Below are positions 10,880 through 22,544 of a stretch of 60,000 bases of DNA, one piece after another (the first letter of the stretch is position 1; each line of letters opens with the position of its first letter). Position numbers and translations under genes: made by a program. Origin of the DNA: Felis catus (lineage: Eukaryota); the NCBI RefSeq assembly GCF_018350175.1, contig NC_058373.1:111044001-111104000 (forward strand), read 5' to 3'. Below the pieces are notes generated by a model. That model was not told the origin of the DNA and did not search any database. It worked only from the letters and a program-made list of their open reading frames with translations.

Positions 10880-12075
10880 CCAGTTCCTAAAGACAACACA
10901 TAGAATGGGAGTAAATTTTTGTAAATCATGTGTTTGCTAAGGGATTGTGTTTAGAATATATGAGGAATTATTACAGCTCAGTAATAAAAGGACAACAATA
11001 AAAAAAAAAAGAATGAAGTATCTGAATAGACATTTCTCTAAAGAAGATATACAAATGGCCAAAAAGCCCATAAAAAGATACTCAACATCATTAGCCATCA
11101 GAGAATTGCAATCAATGAAACATTGTGTCACAGCCACTAGGATGGGTATAATCAAACCCACAGAGAATAACATGTGTTGGTAAGGATGTGAAGAAAGTAG
11201 AACACTCATACATTGCCTGTGGAAATGTAAAATGGTATTCCTGCTTTGGAAAACAGTCTAGGGGCACCTTGGTGGCTCAGTCGGTTAAGCATCCAACTCT
11301 TGGGCTCAGGTCATGATCTCACAGTTTGGTTCAAGCTCCTCATCGGGCTCTGCGCTGACAAGTAAGGAGCCTGCTTGGGATTCTCTCTCCCTCTCTCTGC
11401 CCCTCCCCTCTGGCACTCTCTCTCTCTCTCTCTCAAAATAAATAAATAAACTTTAAAAAAAACAGACAGCCTAACAGTTCCTCAAAGAGTTAAACCTAGA
11501 GTTACCATATGATCCAGTCATTCCATGCCTTAGGTCTCTGCCTGTATCTAAGTAGAAATGAAAACATATGTCCATCCAAAAACCCGTATAAGAATGTTCG
11601 TAGTGACTTTATTTGTAATAGTCCCAAAGTGGGAACACAACTCAAATGCCCATCAACTGATGAATGATAAACTAAATGTGATATATCCATAAAATGGAAT
11701 TTTACTTGGCAATAAAAAGAAATGAAGTAATTAATGGTCCATGCCACAACATGGATGAAGCTTGGAAACATGCTAAGTGAAAGAAGACAGTCACAAAGGA
11801 CTGTATATCATGTGATTACGTTTATATGAAATATCCAGAATAGACAAATCCATAAAGATAGAAAGTAGATGAGTGGTTGACAGGGGCTGGGGGGGTGGAG
11901 GGTTGGGGGTGACTGTTGATGGGTGCAGCATTTCTTTCTTGGGTAGTGAAAATGTTCTAGAATTGATTGTGGTGATGGATGCACAACTCTGTGAGTGGAC
12001 CAAAAGCTATTGAATCATGCACTTTAAGTAGATGAATCGAATGATGTGTGAATTATATCTCAATGAAGCCATTAG
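10880..12075 (+). mobile_element. L1MB-like 3' fragment with a nested Can-SINE at about 11260-11460
   Basis: ORF 10947-11183 (LNRHFSKEDIQMAKK..KRYSTSLAIRELQ) is decayed L1 ORF2, followed by typical L1MB 3' UTR text. Confidence 0.88.
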
Positions 12076-12093
12076 AAAAGTATGCCAGTTCTT

Positions 12094-12793
12094 GGGTGCT
12101 GGGTGGCTTAGTCGGTTAAACATCTGCCTTCGGCTCAGGTCACGATCTCACAGTTTGTGGGTTTGAGCCCTGCGTCAGGGTCTGTGCAGACAGCTCAGAG
12201 CCTGGATCCTGCTTCAGATTCTGTGTCTCCCTCTCTCTGCCTCTCCCCCACTCACACTCTGTGTCTTTCTCTCAAAAAAAAAAAAAAATAAACATTAAAA
12301 CAAATTTTTTTTCAAAAAGAAAAATATGCCAGTTTTTTTTAAGATTTTTTTTTTTTTTTTAGCATTTATTCATTTTTGAAAGGCAGAGAGACAGAGCATG
12401 AATGCGGGAGGGGCAGAGAGAGAGGGAGACACAGAATCTGAAGAAGGCTCCAGGCTCTAAGCTGTCAGCACAGAGCCCAATGCGGGACTCGAACTCAGAC
12501 TGTGAGATCATGACCTGAGCCGAAGTTGGCCACTTAACCGACTGAGCCACCCAGGCGCCCCAAAAATATGCCATTTCTTTTCTTTTTTTTAATGTTTATT
12601 TATTTTTGAGACAGAGAGAGACGGATCATGAATTGGGGAGGGTCAGAGAGAGTGGGAGACACAGAAACTGAAACAGGCTCCAGGCTCTGAGCTGTCAGCA
12701 CAGAGCCCCACGCGGGGCTCGAACTCATGGACCGCGAGATCATGACCTGAGCTGAAGTCGGACGCTAAACTGACTGAGCCACCCAGGCACCCC
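12094..12793. mobile_element. Cluster of three Can-SINEs (+ 12094-12319; - 12345-12561; - 12580-12793)
   Basis: Three full SINE bodies separated by copies of the same target sequence. Confidence 0.93.
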
Positions 12794-14546
12794 AAAAATA
12801 TGCCATTTCTTAAGAGAAGATAAAGGGAATTGTTATTTGTCCATTTTTATGAACAGCTGACCTATAACACTCAGGTATTTATTAGAATTCATAAGTTAGA
12901 TTTTCAGGCATGATTTCGTTACTAACTGCATTGGAATATCACTTGTTCATTCTGCAGAAGAGTGATTAGGAAATCCGAAGAGAAATGACACTGTGTTGGG
13001 AATATTTGAAGCACTTTCTGCTTTATGTCTGTCAGGTGTCCAAGTTTAGCGATAAACCTCCATTTTCCTCATCTAGTACTTGGCTGCTGTGTTGTACTAG
13101 GGGGAGCTGAGGTGGGTCTCTTGGCTGAATGCTTTTCTTCCTAGGGGTCTCAATGTCAGAATGCTAAGGAAGTGATGGGCTCATCCATTTGCCCTGGAAT
13201 ATTACTAAGTCGTGTGGATTTGTACTGGGGTAAAGGAAGTGAGTTTTCCTCCCACTTGGTTTTGTTTCATTCAGAACTCATCAATTCACTTAGCTCTAAC
13301 AGTATATTGTAGGCAAATCTTTATGATCTTACTGATGTATGTTTTTTGTATATTTTTCTGTCCCTTTCAGCTTATAGCTAAGGAAGGTGTCATTAAGAAA
13401 TGCAGTCTGTGTTCCATTTAGGCTGGTGCTTTATGTTAGTCCTTTGTGAGTGTCTCAGAAAGGAATAGTGAAGAATTAGGACAACTTCCTCATACCTCCT
13501 GAGTCAGATTCTCACAGTGACTTCTGTTTTTTGAAGTATTGTGAACTCTTAGCCAGATTATCCCTCAAACTCATGTTCGGAGGCAAATACCAAAGTATAT
13601 CCTAAAACCAAGTATAAACTGGCTGCCATTTTAGATGATTCACATCAGCGCTCCCCTCCTCATCACAAATAATTCTTGCACACACGTCAAGGGACTAGAT
13701 GCTCTAACTCGGTGGATGATTCGGAAATAAAGAATACATTTTGAAATTCCCAGAGAGGACATTATTATGTGTCTTGAAACCTCAATGAGGACATGCCTCA
13801 CTACAAAGAACAGGGATGCCAGTGAAGGAGAAACCCTGTATCCTGTTAACCAATCCACTCCTGCATTGCTGGACCCTTTCCTTACAGAAGCTGAACTGTG
13901 TGACCGTGTTGTGATAGGTCTTCAGAGGAAACGGGGGATCTACTTTTTTTTGTGACCTGATTTTCCGAGATCCTTCATGTTATGGGACTGTGGAGTCCTT
14001 TCCGTGACTTAGGACCAATGACCAGATGTGCTGTTTCTTTGGTGTTTCAGTGATCGATGATGTTCTTGTAAATCCCTTAGGGAATTTTAATACTGTTCAA
14101 TCTGTATTTAAACGGTTCGATCTGCCAATAAGGAGTATGACCCTTGGCAGGAATTAATTTTGTATTTGTGAATGGCCAGTTAAGTGAACACCTAAAGAAC
14201 TTCATAGAGCAGGCGAGCGTAAATCTCTCAAGCAAAATGCCTTGTCTGCTCCCTAAGTAACTGGTGCCAGTGTGCCAAACTGCAGAACTGCCATTAGTTT
14301 GGATATTTGGATGGTTTACTTCAGAAGTCGATTGTAATGCCAGCCTGGTATAGATCATTCTCTGTTTCTTCTGTCCTGAGCCTGTCACCCTGCCGAGTCC
14401 CTGTTTCTAGTCTTACAGTATCGTGAAGTACAAAACCACACCAGGCAACTGCAACCAATGGGCGTTTGTGGCAACAGGAAGAAAAAGTTGATAGAGGCTC
14501 ATTGGTATTTGTTTTCTCTCTCTCCCATCTCCTGCGTTCTTATCAG

Positions 14547-14611
14547 GCAAAAGTAGAAGAGAAGATCCAAGACGTCTTCAGTTCTTACAAGTTCAACCAC
14601 CTTGTACCAAG
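14547..14611 (+). CDS. FNTB: FNTB coding exon 2 (AKVEEKIQDVFSSYKFNHLVPR)
   Basis: Pyrimidine tract then ttatcag|GCAAAA; ends CCAAG|gtaagc; 65 nt, phase 0 to 2. Confidence 0.97.
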
Positions 14612-15554
14612 GTAAGCATTTAGGAGTTTGAGGGGATCTGGGAGAACACCCCCTCCTCTGTGAGCCTTTCTTCTTTCCTCCATGAGCCTGTTCAACCTTG
14701 GGGGTAAGTCTGCCATGAGACGGGTTTCTTGACCTTGTGGCCCCCTGGGTAAGCATGTGACCCCAAGCCCTTCCTCTGTTAGCGGTTTAGAGGAGACGCT
14801 CCCCTCAAGCTGAGCCAGCCCGTGTTACGTGGGGGTACCCCTCAAGGCCTGAACTCTGAGCTCTGAAGATGGGGAGAGGAAATTCATGTTTCTGCTGCTC
14901 AGTTGTGACCTGCTACTCTGGTGGTTTTCTTTCTCGGATTATACTTTGAAACAGACGTAGAGCCCAAGGGGGCAGCAAAGGATGGATTCTCTCGATGTAT
15001 GCTGTGATCTGATGGGAGGATGGGCCGAGCTGCGGCTTCTCCCAGCCTGGCCCCTGTTGCTAAGCGTGCAGCTGCTCCCAGGGATTCAGTTTCTGGGGAG
15101 AAAATAAACAGCGCCGTTTTGCTTTCCTTGGCACTTAGCAAGTTAAAGTTTTCTAAGCAATTTGATGTCAGAGATTCCAAAAAGGGGATTATAAGCAGAA
15201 ACTTATTAGTTAAGTTGAACCTTTATTTTCTCTTGTTTCTAGCTTATACCGTATCACACTAGAGCTTCCTGAGGTTCTTTCTTCCCTTTATTAGCATGCC
15301 TCTTCCTGTCACGAGTTGTTCCTCTAGAACCAGACTGGATCGCATTTCCAGCCATCAGGATGGATCAGTAGTCTGAGGCTGTGTGTGGCCATCATTTTAC
15401 CTTAGTGACACAGCATGCTGTCTGGACCACCTCTGGGCCAAGGCGAGCGGGGCTGCTGGCCGATTAGCTGTAGGGAGCGGAGGGCAGGTGCCCCTGCCCA
15501 AGCCCCTGCGCCTGGGTGCCTTCACGGACTGAAGCGTGACACATGGTTCTAGCC

Positions 15555-15722
15555 TGAGTGAACCTTGTGGCTTTTATTCCCCACCATTGTAGTGTGCCAC
15601 TATTTCCTTGAAAAAGAGATTTTCTTCTGGAAGTTCTGATGAGCCAAGGCAGAAAATCATTGGAAAAGGCAAATTGGAAAAAAGGGAAAGGCAGGTAGGA
15701 AGGTTATCTTTGTTTTTCTTCC
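15555..15722 (-). other. MAX: Putative distal alternative terminal exon of the antisense neighbour MAX
   Basis: Minus strand reads tttccctctttctttccccag|GGAAGAAAAACAAAG..., with TGA at 15659-15657 and AATAAA at 15578-15573. It translates GRKTKITFLPAFP and, in a shifted frame, NLPFPMIFCLG. This resembles the human MAX alternative C-terminus as I recall it (GTKMKLTLPPVFPYEHLPFPTVFCHG). The 3' end is estimated from the AATAAA. Confidence 0.7.
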
Positions 15723-15929
15723 CTGGGGAAAGAAAGAGGGAAATTACCAACTAATGAAAAGAGTGTTTTCCCGAACTGCTAAACTAAATCTCTGTGTTAC
15801 CCTAAAGGTCAGGCCTCAGTAAATGAATGCCACAGCTGGAGATTAGGAAAGGAAGCTCATTTGTTTAGACAGCTCGGGGGCTGAAACTAATATAACATAG
15901 TATGTCACCTCTACTTAAATAATAAAATT

Positions 15930-16435
15930 TTTTAATTTTTTCTTAAGCCTTTATTTTTATTTTTGAGAGAGAGAGACAGAGTGCAAGCAGGGGAGGGACA
16001 GAGAGAGGGAGACAGAATCCGAAGAAGGCTCCAGGCCCTGAGCTGTCAGCACGGAGCCTGATAGGGGGCTCAAACTCAGGAGCCATGGCATCCTGACCTG
16101 AGCTGACATCAGACGCTTAACCGACTGAGCCACCCAGGTGCTCTCCCCGCCCCCCCACCCCCACTTTTTAAAAAAAATTTTTAATCCAAAGATTTTTTTT
16201 TTTTAATTTTTTTTTAAACAAAATTTTTTTTTCAACGTTTATTTATTTTTGGGACAGAGAGAGACAGAGCATGAACGGGGGAGGGGCAGAGAGAGAGGGA
16301 GACACAGAATCGGAAACAGGCTCCAGGCTCTGAGCCATCAGCCCAGAGCCCGACGCGGGGCTCGAACTCACGGAGCACGAGATCGTGACCTGGCTGAAGT
16401 CGGACGCTTAACCGACTGCGCCACCCAGGCGCCCC
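15930..16435 (-). mobile_element. Two tandem Can-SINEs; the second (16200-16435) is a young, CpG-rich subfamily
   Basis: Second copy carries tcggaaacaggctcc..gagccatcagccc..gactgcgccaccc and a perfect TSD aatccaaagatttttt. Confidence 0.93.
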
Positions 16436-17923
16436 AATCCAAAGATTTTTTAAAGTACGTTTTTAAAAACATTTATTTTCTTCCAGATTTTTATTTAAAT
16501 ATGGTTTCTATCTTAGAATAATCTCTTAAGATATATTAAATGGAAAAATAAAAATACAGAAAAATATATGAAGTAATCTACCATTTGTGCTAAAGATAAA
16601 GCAGAGTATTTTTACAGAAAAGTAAATAAACAGCTGAAGGGGGCAGGTGGGCACCAACTCCGCCCAGTCCAGGGGAGGCTTCCCCAGAGGCGGAGGGACT
16701 TGGTGGTGGTGAGGGGCGTGATTGCTTTCGGTGGGTCTTTGTGTTTAGCAGTTGCTTCCCCGGTGACTCACCTGATTGGGCTGAGTCTCTGTCTACTGTC
16801 TAAGGCTCTGTGCACACATACATGTCCCCAGGGTCTCCAAAGGGACCTTTGATCGTTTGACATCCCTTTCCACCCACCATCAGAATAGAGCCCTGGGACT
16901 TTTCTTTTATTCTGAGGGGGAATGGGAGGTTACATAGTCTGGAAGGAAGAAGTTGTGTTTTGGAAGTGGTTGTGGAGGACAATAAAAACCATTAAATCCC
17001 CTGAATTCAGAGGTCTTAGGTCAGGTGTGGGTGGAAAACAAAAATGTTCCTCTTGGGTTTGGATCCTCTTAGAAAGAGAATATATCAGGGCTCTGGGTTT
17101 ATTTCAGGAATCTGACATTTCCCATTTTGTCATTGTTGCCTCTAAAAATGAGTGTTTTAAAGGATGCCAGTAAACATTTCATTATGTCACAGCACACTAA
17201 TTAATGTTAGAGATGTTAAATATTTTGCTGAATGGCTGAGTGAATGGTGGATATAAATCAATATATCAATAGAAGGCTAAAGCCAGATATCACGTCCTAG
17301 AACAAACTTCTAGGATGAAAGAATAAACCTGAAAATTTAGCAAGTTTTTAAAATATTCTCACAATTTCAATATTCAACGTTTTAGATGTCAAATGTAAAA
17401 AGCGTGACACAATGCAGGAACAAAGCTTCTTTTTTAGCTGAGCTGAATATTCTGTTATTAGCAATAAATCTAAACGGCATGGCTTGTTTGTCTTTGAGGT
17501 TATGATACCGATCCGTGTGATAGAATCGCACACACACTCAGGACCACTGACCACGCACAGGTCCAGGGATGCTAGGAATGATGCTGAGGGAGACATTTGC
17601 CTATTGAACCTTCCAGTGCCACAGCCAGATATCTACCAGATTTGGCTGAAGTTCAAGGCTGAAGCTGAATGTTGATCCATCCTACAATTATTCCCTATTC
17701 TATAAATGATTTCCCTCCTTCTCTAAAACTGTGAAACCTGCATCCTGTCCTAGAGTGAGATGCTTTCAACACTTTTGTTTGCCAGTAGCCTGCTTTCCCG
17801 TGAAAGTTAATTTTTCATTCCCCGTGGTTATTCTCACTATTCCACACACTTGTGAATTTACTCTTTTCCACTTACTACATTAGCTTTAGTGAGAAATCTG
17901 AGATGCATCAACTAAGCACACAC

Positions 17924-17924
17924 A

Positions 17925-17999
<75 letters not shown>
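17924..17999. repeat. Compound (CT)n(CA)n microsatellite
   Basis: Directly visible. Confidence 0.97.
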
Positions 18000-18000
<1 letters not shown>

Positions 18001-18208
18001 TCACATGTAATTTTCCTCTTGGGAAATAGGGTGGTCAAGGCTGACCCAGGTTCTGCCCCTATTGGGCTCTCAGCCTCATGGGGGAGGTAGCCATTAAACA
18101 AACAAATGCAAATACAGAATTACCAATGGGATGAGTGTCAAAGAAGGGAACTGGAGGCTCTGAGAGAAGAACAGAGAGGATGTATTTTAGGTTGGGAAGT
18201 TAGAGAAT

Positions 18209-18557
18209 GTGTCTGAGTCTATTCCATCTGCTACAACAATTTACCGTAGACTGAGTGGTTTAAACAACAAACATTTATTTTTAGGGCTGGGAAGCCCAAG
18301 ATCAAAGCAGCAGCAGATTTGATGTCTGATGAGGGCCCACTCCCTGGTTATAGATGACCATCTTTTTACTGTGTCCTCACGTGGGGAAGGGGTGAGGGAG
18401 CTCTCTGGAGCCTCTTTTATAGGGTCATTAATCCCTTCATGAGGCTCCACTCCTATGGCCTAATCACCTCCCAGAGATGCCACTTCCTAATACCATCACA
18501 CTGGGGATTAGGATCTCCACCTGAATTTTGAAGGGTCACGAACATTCAGTCTATAGC
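18209..18557. mobile_element. MLT1 (MaLR) solo LTR inserted in an L2 relic
   Basis: agactgagtggtttaaacaac..aagcccaagatcaa..tgtgtcctcacgtgg..aacattcagtctatagca. Confidence 0.85.
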
Positions 18558-19161
18558 AGAAGGCCTCTCAAAGAAAGTGGCTCTCAGGATGAGACCCAGA
18601 GGGAGAGTAGGAGTTGGTCAGTTTGGGAGGTGGTTGGAGTGTTCCAGGCAGAGGGAACTTTGGAGTCCTGAGACTGCAAAGAAAAGGACACAAAGAAGGC
18701 AGTGGGACTGGAGCTTGGTGAGGGCATGAGTTGAGGTTGGAGAGAAGTAGGTAGAGGCACATGACGAAGGGTCTTGAAACCCAATGGGATTCAAGCCATA
18801 GTAAGAAATTATGTTGTATTTACAATATACAATTACATATATTTCTAAGTTCCTTTTTGGACAGCGGAACTGGACTCCCAATATCTTTAGCATGTTTACT
18901 TACTTGATCATTTCTCTTGTGTGTCCCCATCTCCTGTCCCCCTCTGCACAGCCACACAGGTGGCCCTCTCATCCACTTGGATTCCCTGCCCCGCCGCCCC
19001 ACTCCTGCACAGAGCCTGTGTTGTTCTGCTTCACCTAATTGCACGGGTTTAGGGCTGACTTATTCAGGAAGGAAAGGGAAGGAGCCCTAGCTTTTCTGTT
19101 TTAACTCGTTACACAGAAAAGATTTTTGGAAGAGGTGAATTGAGAATAAAGGAATGGCAAG

Positions 19162-19746
19162 GGTATTAGTTTGTTAGGGCTGCTATAATGAAATGCCGCA
19201 GACTGGGTGGCTTAAACAACAGAAATTTATTTTCTCACCGTCTTAGAGGCTGGAGGCCCAAGATCAAGGTGCCAGCAGGGGTGGTTTCTCCTGAGGTCTG
19301 TCTCCTTGGCTTGTAGGTGGCCGCCTCCTCATTTTGTCCTCACGTGGCCTTTCCTGTGTATGCTCCTCCCTTGTGTCTCTTCCTCTTCTTATAAGGTCAC
19401 CAGACCTCATTTAACCTTAAATACTTCTTGTTTTTTTTTCAAGTTTGTTTATTTATTTTGAGAGAGACAGAGACAGCACAAGTGGGGGAGGGGCAGAGAG
19501 AGAGGGAGAGAGAGAGAATCCCAAGCAGGCTCCACGCTGTCAGTGCAGAGCCTGGTGCGGGGCTTGAACCCATGAAGCCATGAGATCGTGACCTGAACTG
19601 AAACCAGGAGTCAGATGCTTAACTGACTGAGCCACCCAGGTGCCCCCTTAAATACCTCTTTAAAGACTGTGTCTCCAAATATAATCATACTAGGGGTTAG
19701 GGATTCAACATATGAATTTTGGGGGACACAGTTGAGTGCAAAACAG
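19162..19746. mobile_element. MLT1 solo LTR with a nested minus-strand Can-SINE (about 19430-19647)
   Basis: gactgggtggcttaaacaacagaaatttatt..ttcaacatatgaattttgggggacaca; SINE TSD ccttaaatac.tctt. Confidence 0.85.
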
Positions 19747-19889
19747 TAAGGCTCTTAGACAATTTGTGGCTGGCCAAAAGAAGTTGGATATATGACCCTT
19801 TAATTTAAAACAATCATAAGCCTCAGAGAAGTTGAAATTCAGTCAATTAGCATTGTGGCCCTTGAAGTTCTATATAAACCAAGAAACTT

Positions 19890-20110
19890 TTTTTTTTTCC
19901 TTCAAATGTTTATTTTTGAGAGAGAGAGAGAGAGGGCGAGTGAGTGCGCAGGGACAGAGAGAGAGAGAGAGGGAGAGACGGAATCTGGTGCAGGCTCCAG
20001 GCTCTGAGCTGTCAGCACAGAGCCCGATGTGGGGCCTGAACCCACAAACCATGAGATCATGACCTGAGCTGAAGTCGGATGCTTAACTGACTGAGCCACC
20101 CAGGTGCCCC
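19890..20110 (-). mobile_element. Can-SINE
   Basis: Full body; TSD aagaaac.tttt. Confidence 0.92.
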
Positions 20111-20609
20111 AACAAAGAAACCTTTTGCAAGATTTTAGAGTAATCTATACATATCGGCATTAGCATGTATGTGGGTGCATGCCTCTGTGTGTGTATTTAT
20201 GATTAAGTGGACAAAAATGAAAGAGAATAGTTTCCCTGGTGGAAATGCTTTCCGCATAGAATTCCTCTTTTCCTGCGTGTGGCTGGTCTTCAGATAAAAC
20301 AAGCCAGAGGAACTTACCAGTTCCCTCCTGGTAGGGCTGCTAGGGCCTGGCTGTGAGTGAGGGTCAGCTAGGAGGGCGCTGTGGGGGAACCTGCCCACAG
20401 GGGCCAACCCAGTGCTGCATAAAAGGTGAGTGAGACTCCCTTCAATTAGGTGTTTCTGGGCATGTGAGGTTCCAAGTGTCCAGAGGCAGGATCCTGAAGA
20501 GTCAGTCAGACTCAGCAGGGAAGCATTTGCCCTTGATGTCTTTCGCTTTGTAGTGACTGAAAGGCCCCTTGCTTGTCAAGTGAGGAGTGCTGAGAAGACA
20601 AGGAAAAGA

Positions 20610-21982
20610 GTTTCTTCTCCAGGCTTCCTGTTGCCGTTTTCCCAGGAAGAGGAGGGATTTACTTAGGTGCGCGCCTAGGTGCCTAGTTGGGCTCTCTCAG
20701 AATCCTCAGTCCCACCATGAAAGTCAGCTTTGGCCGGTGGGTCTCCTCAGCGCGGTGGGTGTGAGCATGAGCGAGAGCTGACCGCTGAGCCAGTCTAGCC
20801 GCCCCTCTCCTTGCTGTCTCTGAGTGAACCTGAACTCCCCTGGAGGTTTATCATTCTTTTCAGTTGAAGGGACATATATCCAGGGAGAACAGTCTCATTA
20901 GGTCCATCAAAAAGTGTCCTTACGGTGCCTTTCTTCTTTCTTCTGTTCATTTGACAAACAGATGTTGAGAGCCTGCGCTGTGCTGGGCACAGGTGCTGAA
21001 GCCAGGTGTGAGCTCTCCTCGGAGTTAAGCGGATCGGAGTGGGGAGGCCTACTGACCGGGGAATCGCAGTACATGCATCCCTTTCTCACCTGGTCCCTTT
21101 CCCCCGCATTGTGCTCAGGATCACAGAACCTTCTTTACAGGAGACCTTTAATGCCCTCTGGCCTCCCATTTCCGAATGAGGTGGCTGGTGATCTCTTGGG
21201 CTTTCCCTTCTCACCTCGCTCTGTGGCTTAGCATCTCAAGGTATTTGGCGTATTCAAGTTCCCGTGACTGTTTCTTCAACAGAAGAGGGCTGACCTGTAG
21301 AAAACCCCACTGTGAGTCAGCCCTTTCCGAGTTAGAAATTGGGCGATCTGCCTCCACTTTCTGTATTTGCCCCCACCTGGCTTGGGGTTTCTCAGCCCGC
21401 CCTCACGGATGGCCTCGTGGACCCTCGCGGTTCTCCTCGTCTGCACTCCATCCTGCCAACCCCCCCAGCCTCACGGCCTGGGCCAGTATGACTGTGAGCT
21501 GTTTCACCAGTTCCCTGGTCTCGTTCCGTTCCTTCTCGTCCCACCCTCCTGGTCCTTCCCATGGCATCCGTCTCCCCGCTTCTGCTGAAGGGTCCCGTTG
21601 AGATTTCCAAGGAGCAAAGTGCTGTGACGGCGCCTGCCGTGTGGCTTCACCAGAAGTGGTACCACCGGCTCCAGTGAGGCCTTCACTACCTCCGCGCGCT
21701 CCTCTTATCCTCACCTCTTGTACGTTTCCTAACACGTTCCCCCAGTGGCCAAGCCACAACTCTCCCCTGCTCCTGCCCCTGACTCCTGAGAACTCCAGGT
21801 TGTCCCGCATGAGTTTCCTCCCCCCTCCCCCACTTCCAAGTCCTGTATTTGTCTAATTTCACACTCTCATTATGTCTGAGAATGGAGCATCCTTCCTTAT
21901 TGCCAGACTCTCCTAGACTGCGCACCTAAGCAAATCCCTCCTCTTCCTGGGAAAGCAGAAACAGGAAGCCTGGAGAAGGAAC
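20610..21982. repeat. Dispersed inverted repeat, arms 20610-20679 and 21912-21982
   Basis: By-eye alignment of arm 1 with the reverse complement of arm 2 gives 64/71 matches. Confidence 0.92.
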
Positions 21983-22345
21983 CCAGGACTCTCCACCCCA
22001 ACCCTCCTCCCTCTTCATTGGGGGTCTTTGCTGGTGGATTTTCTCTGGGCTCTTGCATCTTCAGCATCTTCGCTCTCAAGCATTTTTTACCTCTTCTGTG
22101 GCTGAACTACTTGCCTTCCCCCCAGTGCCCCATCAGGCTGCCACTCTGTTGTCTTTCTCTCCCACCCCCACCCCCACACACGCCACAGACACACTTAGAT
22201 TGTGGGTTTGGTTTCCTGTCACCAGTCTTACCCCACCCCAGCCCATTCAGCCTGCTGCCACTCCTGCCATCTAGAAAATGCAGATCTGACCATGTCTTTC
22301 CCATGCCTAAAATACTTCAGCCACTGCCTTAGAATTTTTTTACTT

Positions 22346-22516
22346 GGGGGGCACCCGGGTGGCTCAGGTCATGATCTCGAGGTTCATGAGTTTGAGGCCC
22401 ACGTCGGGTACCATGCTGACAGAAGCCTGCTTGGGCTTCTCTCTCTCTCTACCCCTTCCCCACTTGCACTTTCTCTTTCTCTCTCTCTCTCAAAATAACT
22501 AAACTTTAAAAAAAAA
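22346..22516 (+). mobile_element. Can-SINE with an internal deletion in the head
   Basis: gggtggctcag joined directly to gtcatgatctc; TSD agaattt(t)nactt. Confidence 0.85.
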
Positions 22517-22544
22517 AGAATTTTTTTTTTTACTTGTCTTTTTT

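Noticed and set aside
10947..11183. ORF with reverse-transcriptase-element similarity
   Set aside because: Decayed L1 ORF2 C-terminal fragment with stops; not an intact gene.
12076..12811. Repeat-spacer-repeat pattern superficially like a CRISPR array
   Set aside because: The spacers are roughly 220-bp SINEs and the repeats are target-site duplications; the DNA is mammalian and no cas genes are present.
13371..13434. Cryptic exon candidate (tccctttcag| ... |gttagt) before exon 2
   Set aside because: The acceptor is good but the donor is weak and nothing else supports it; such pairs are common in introns.
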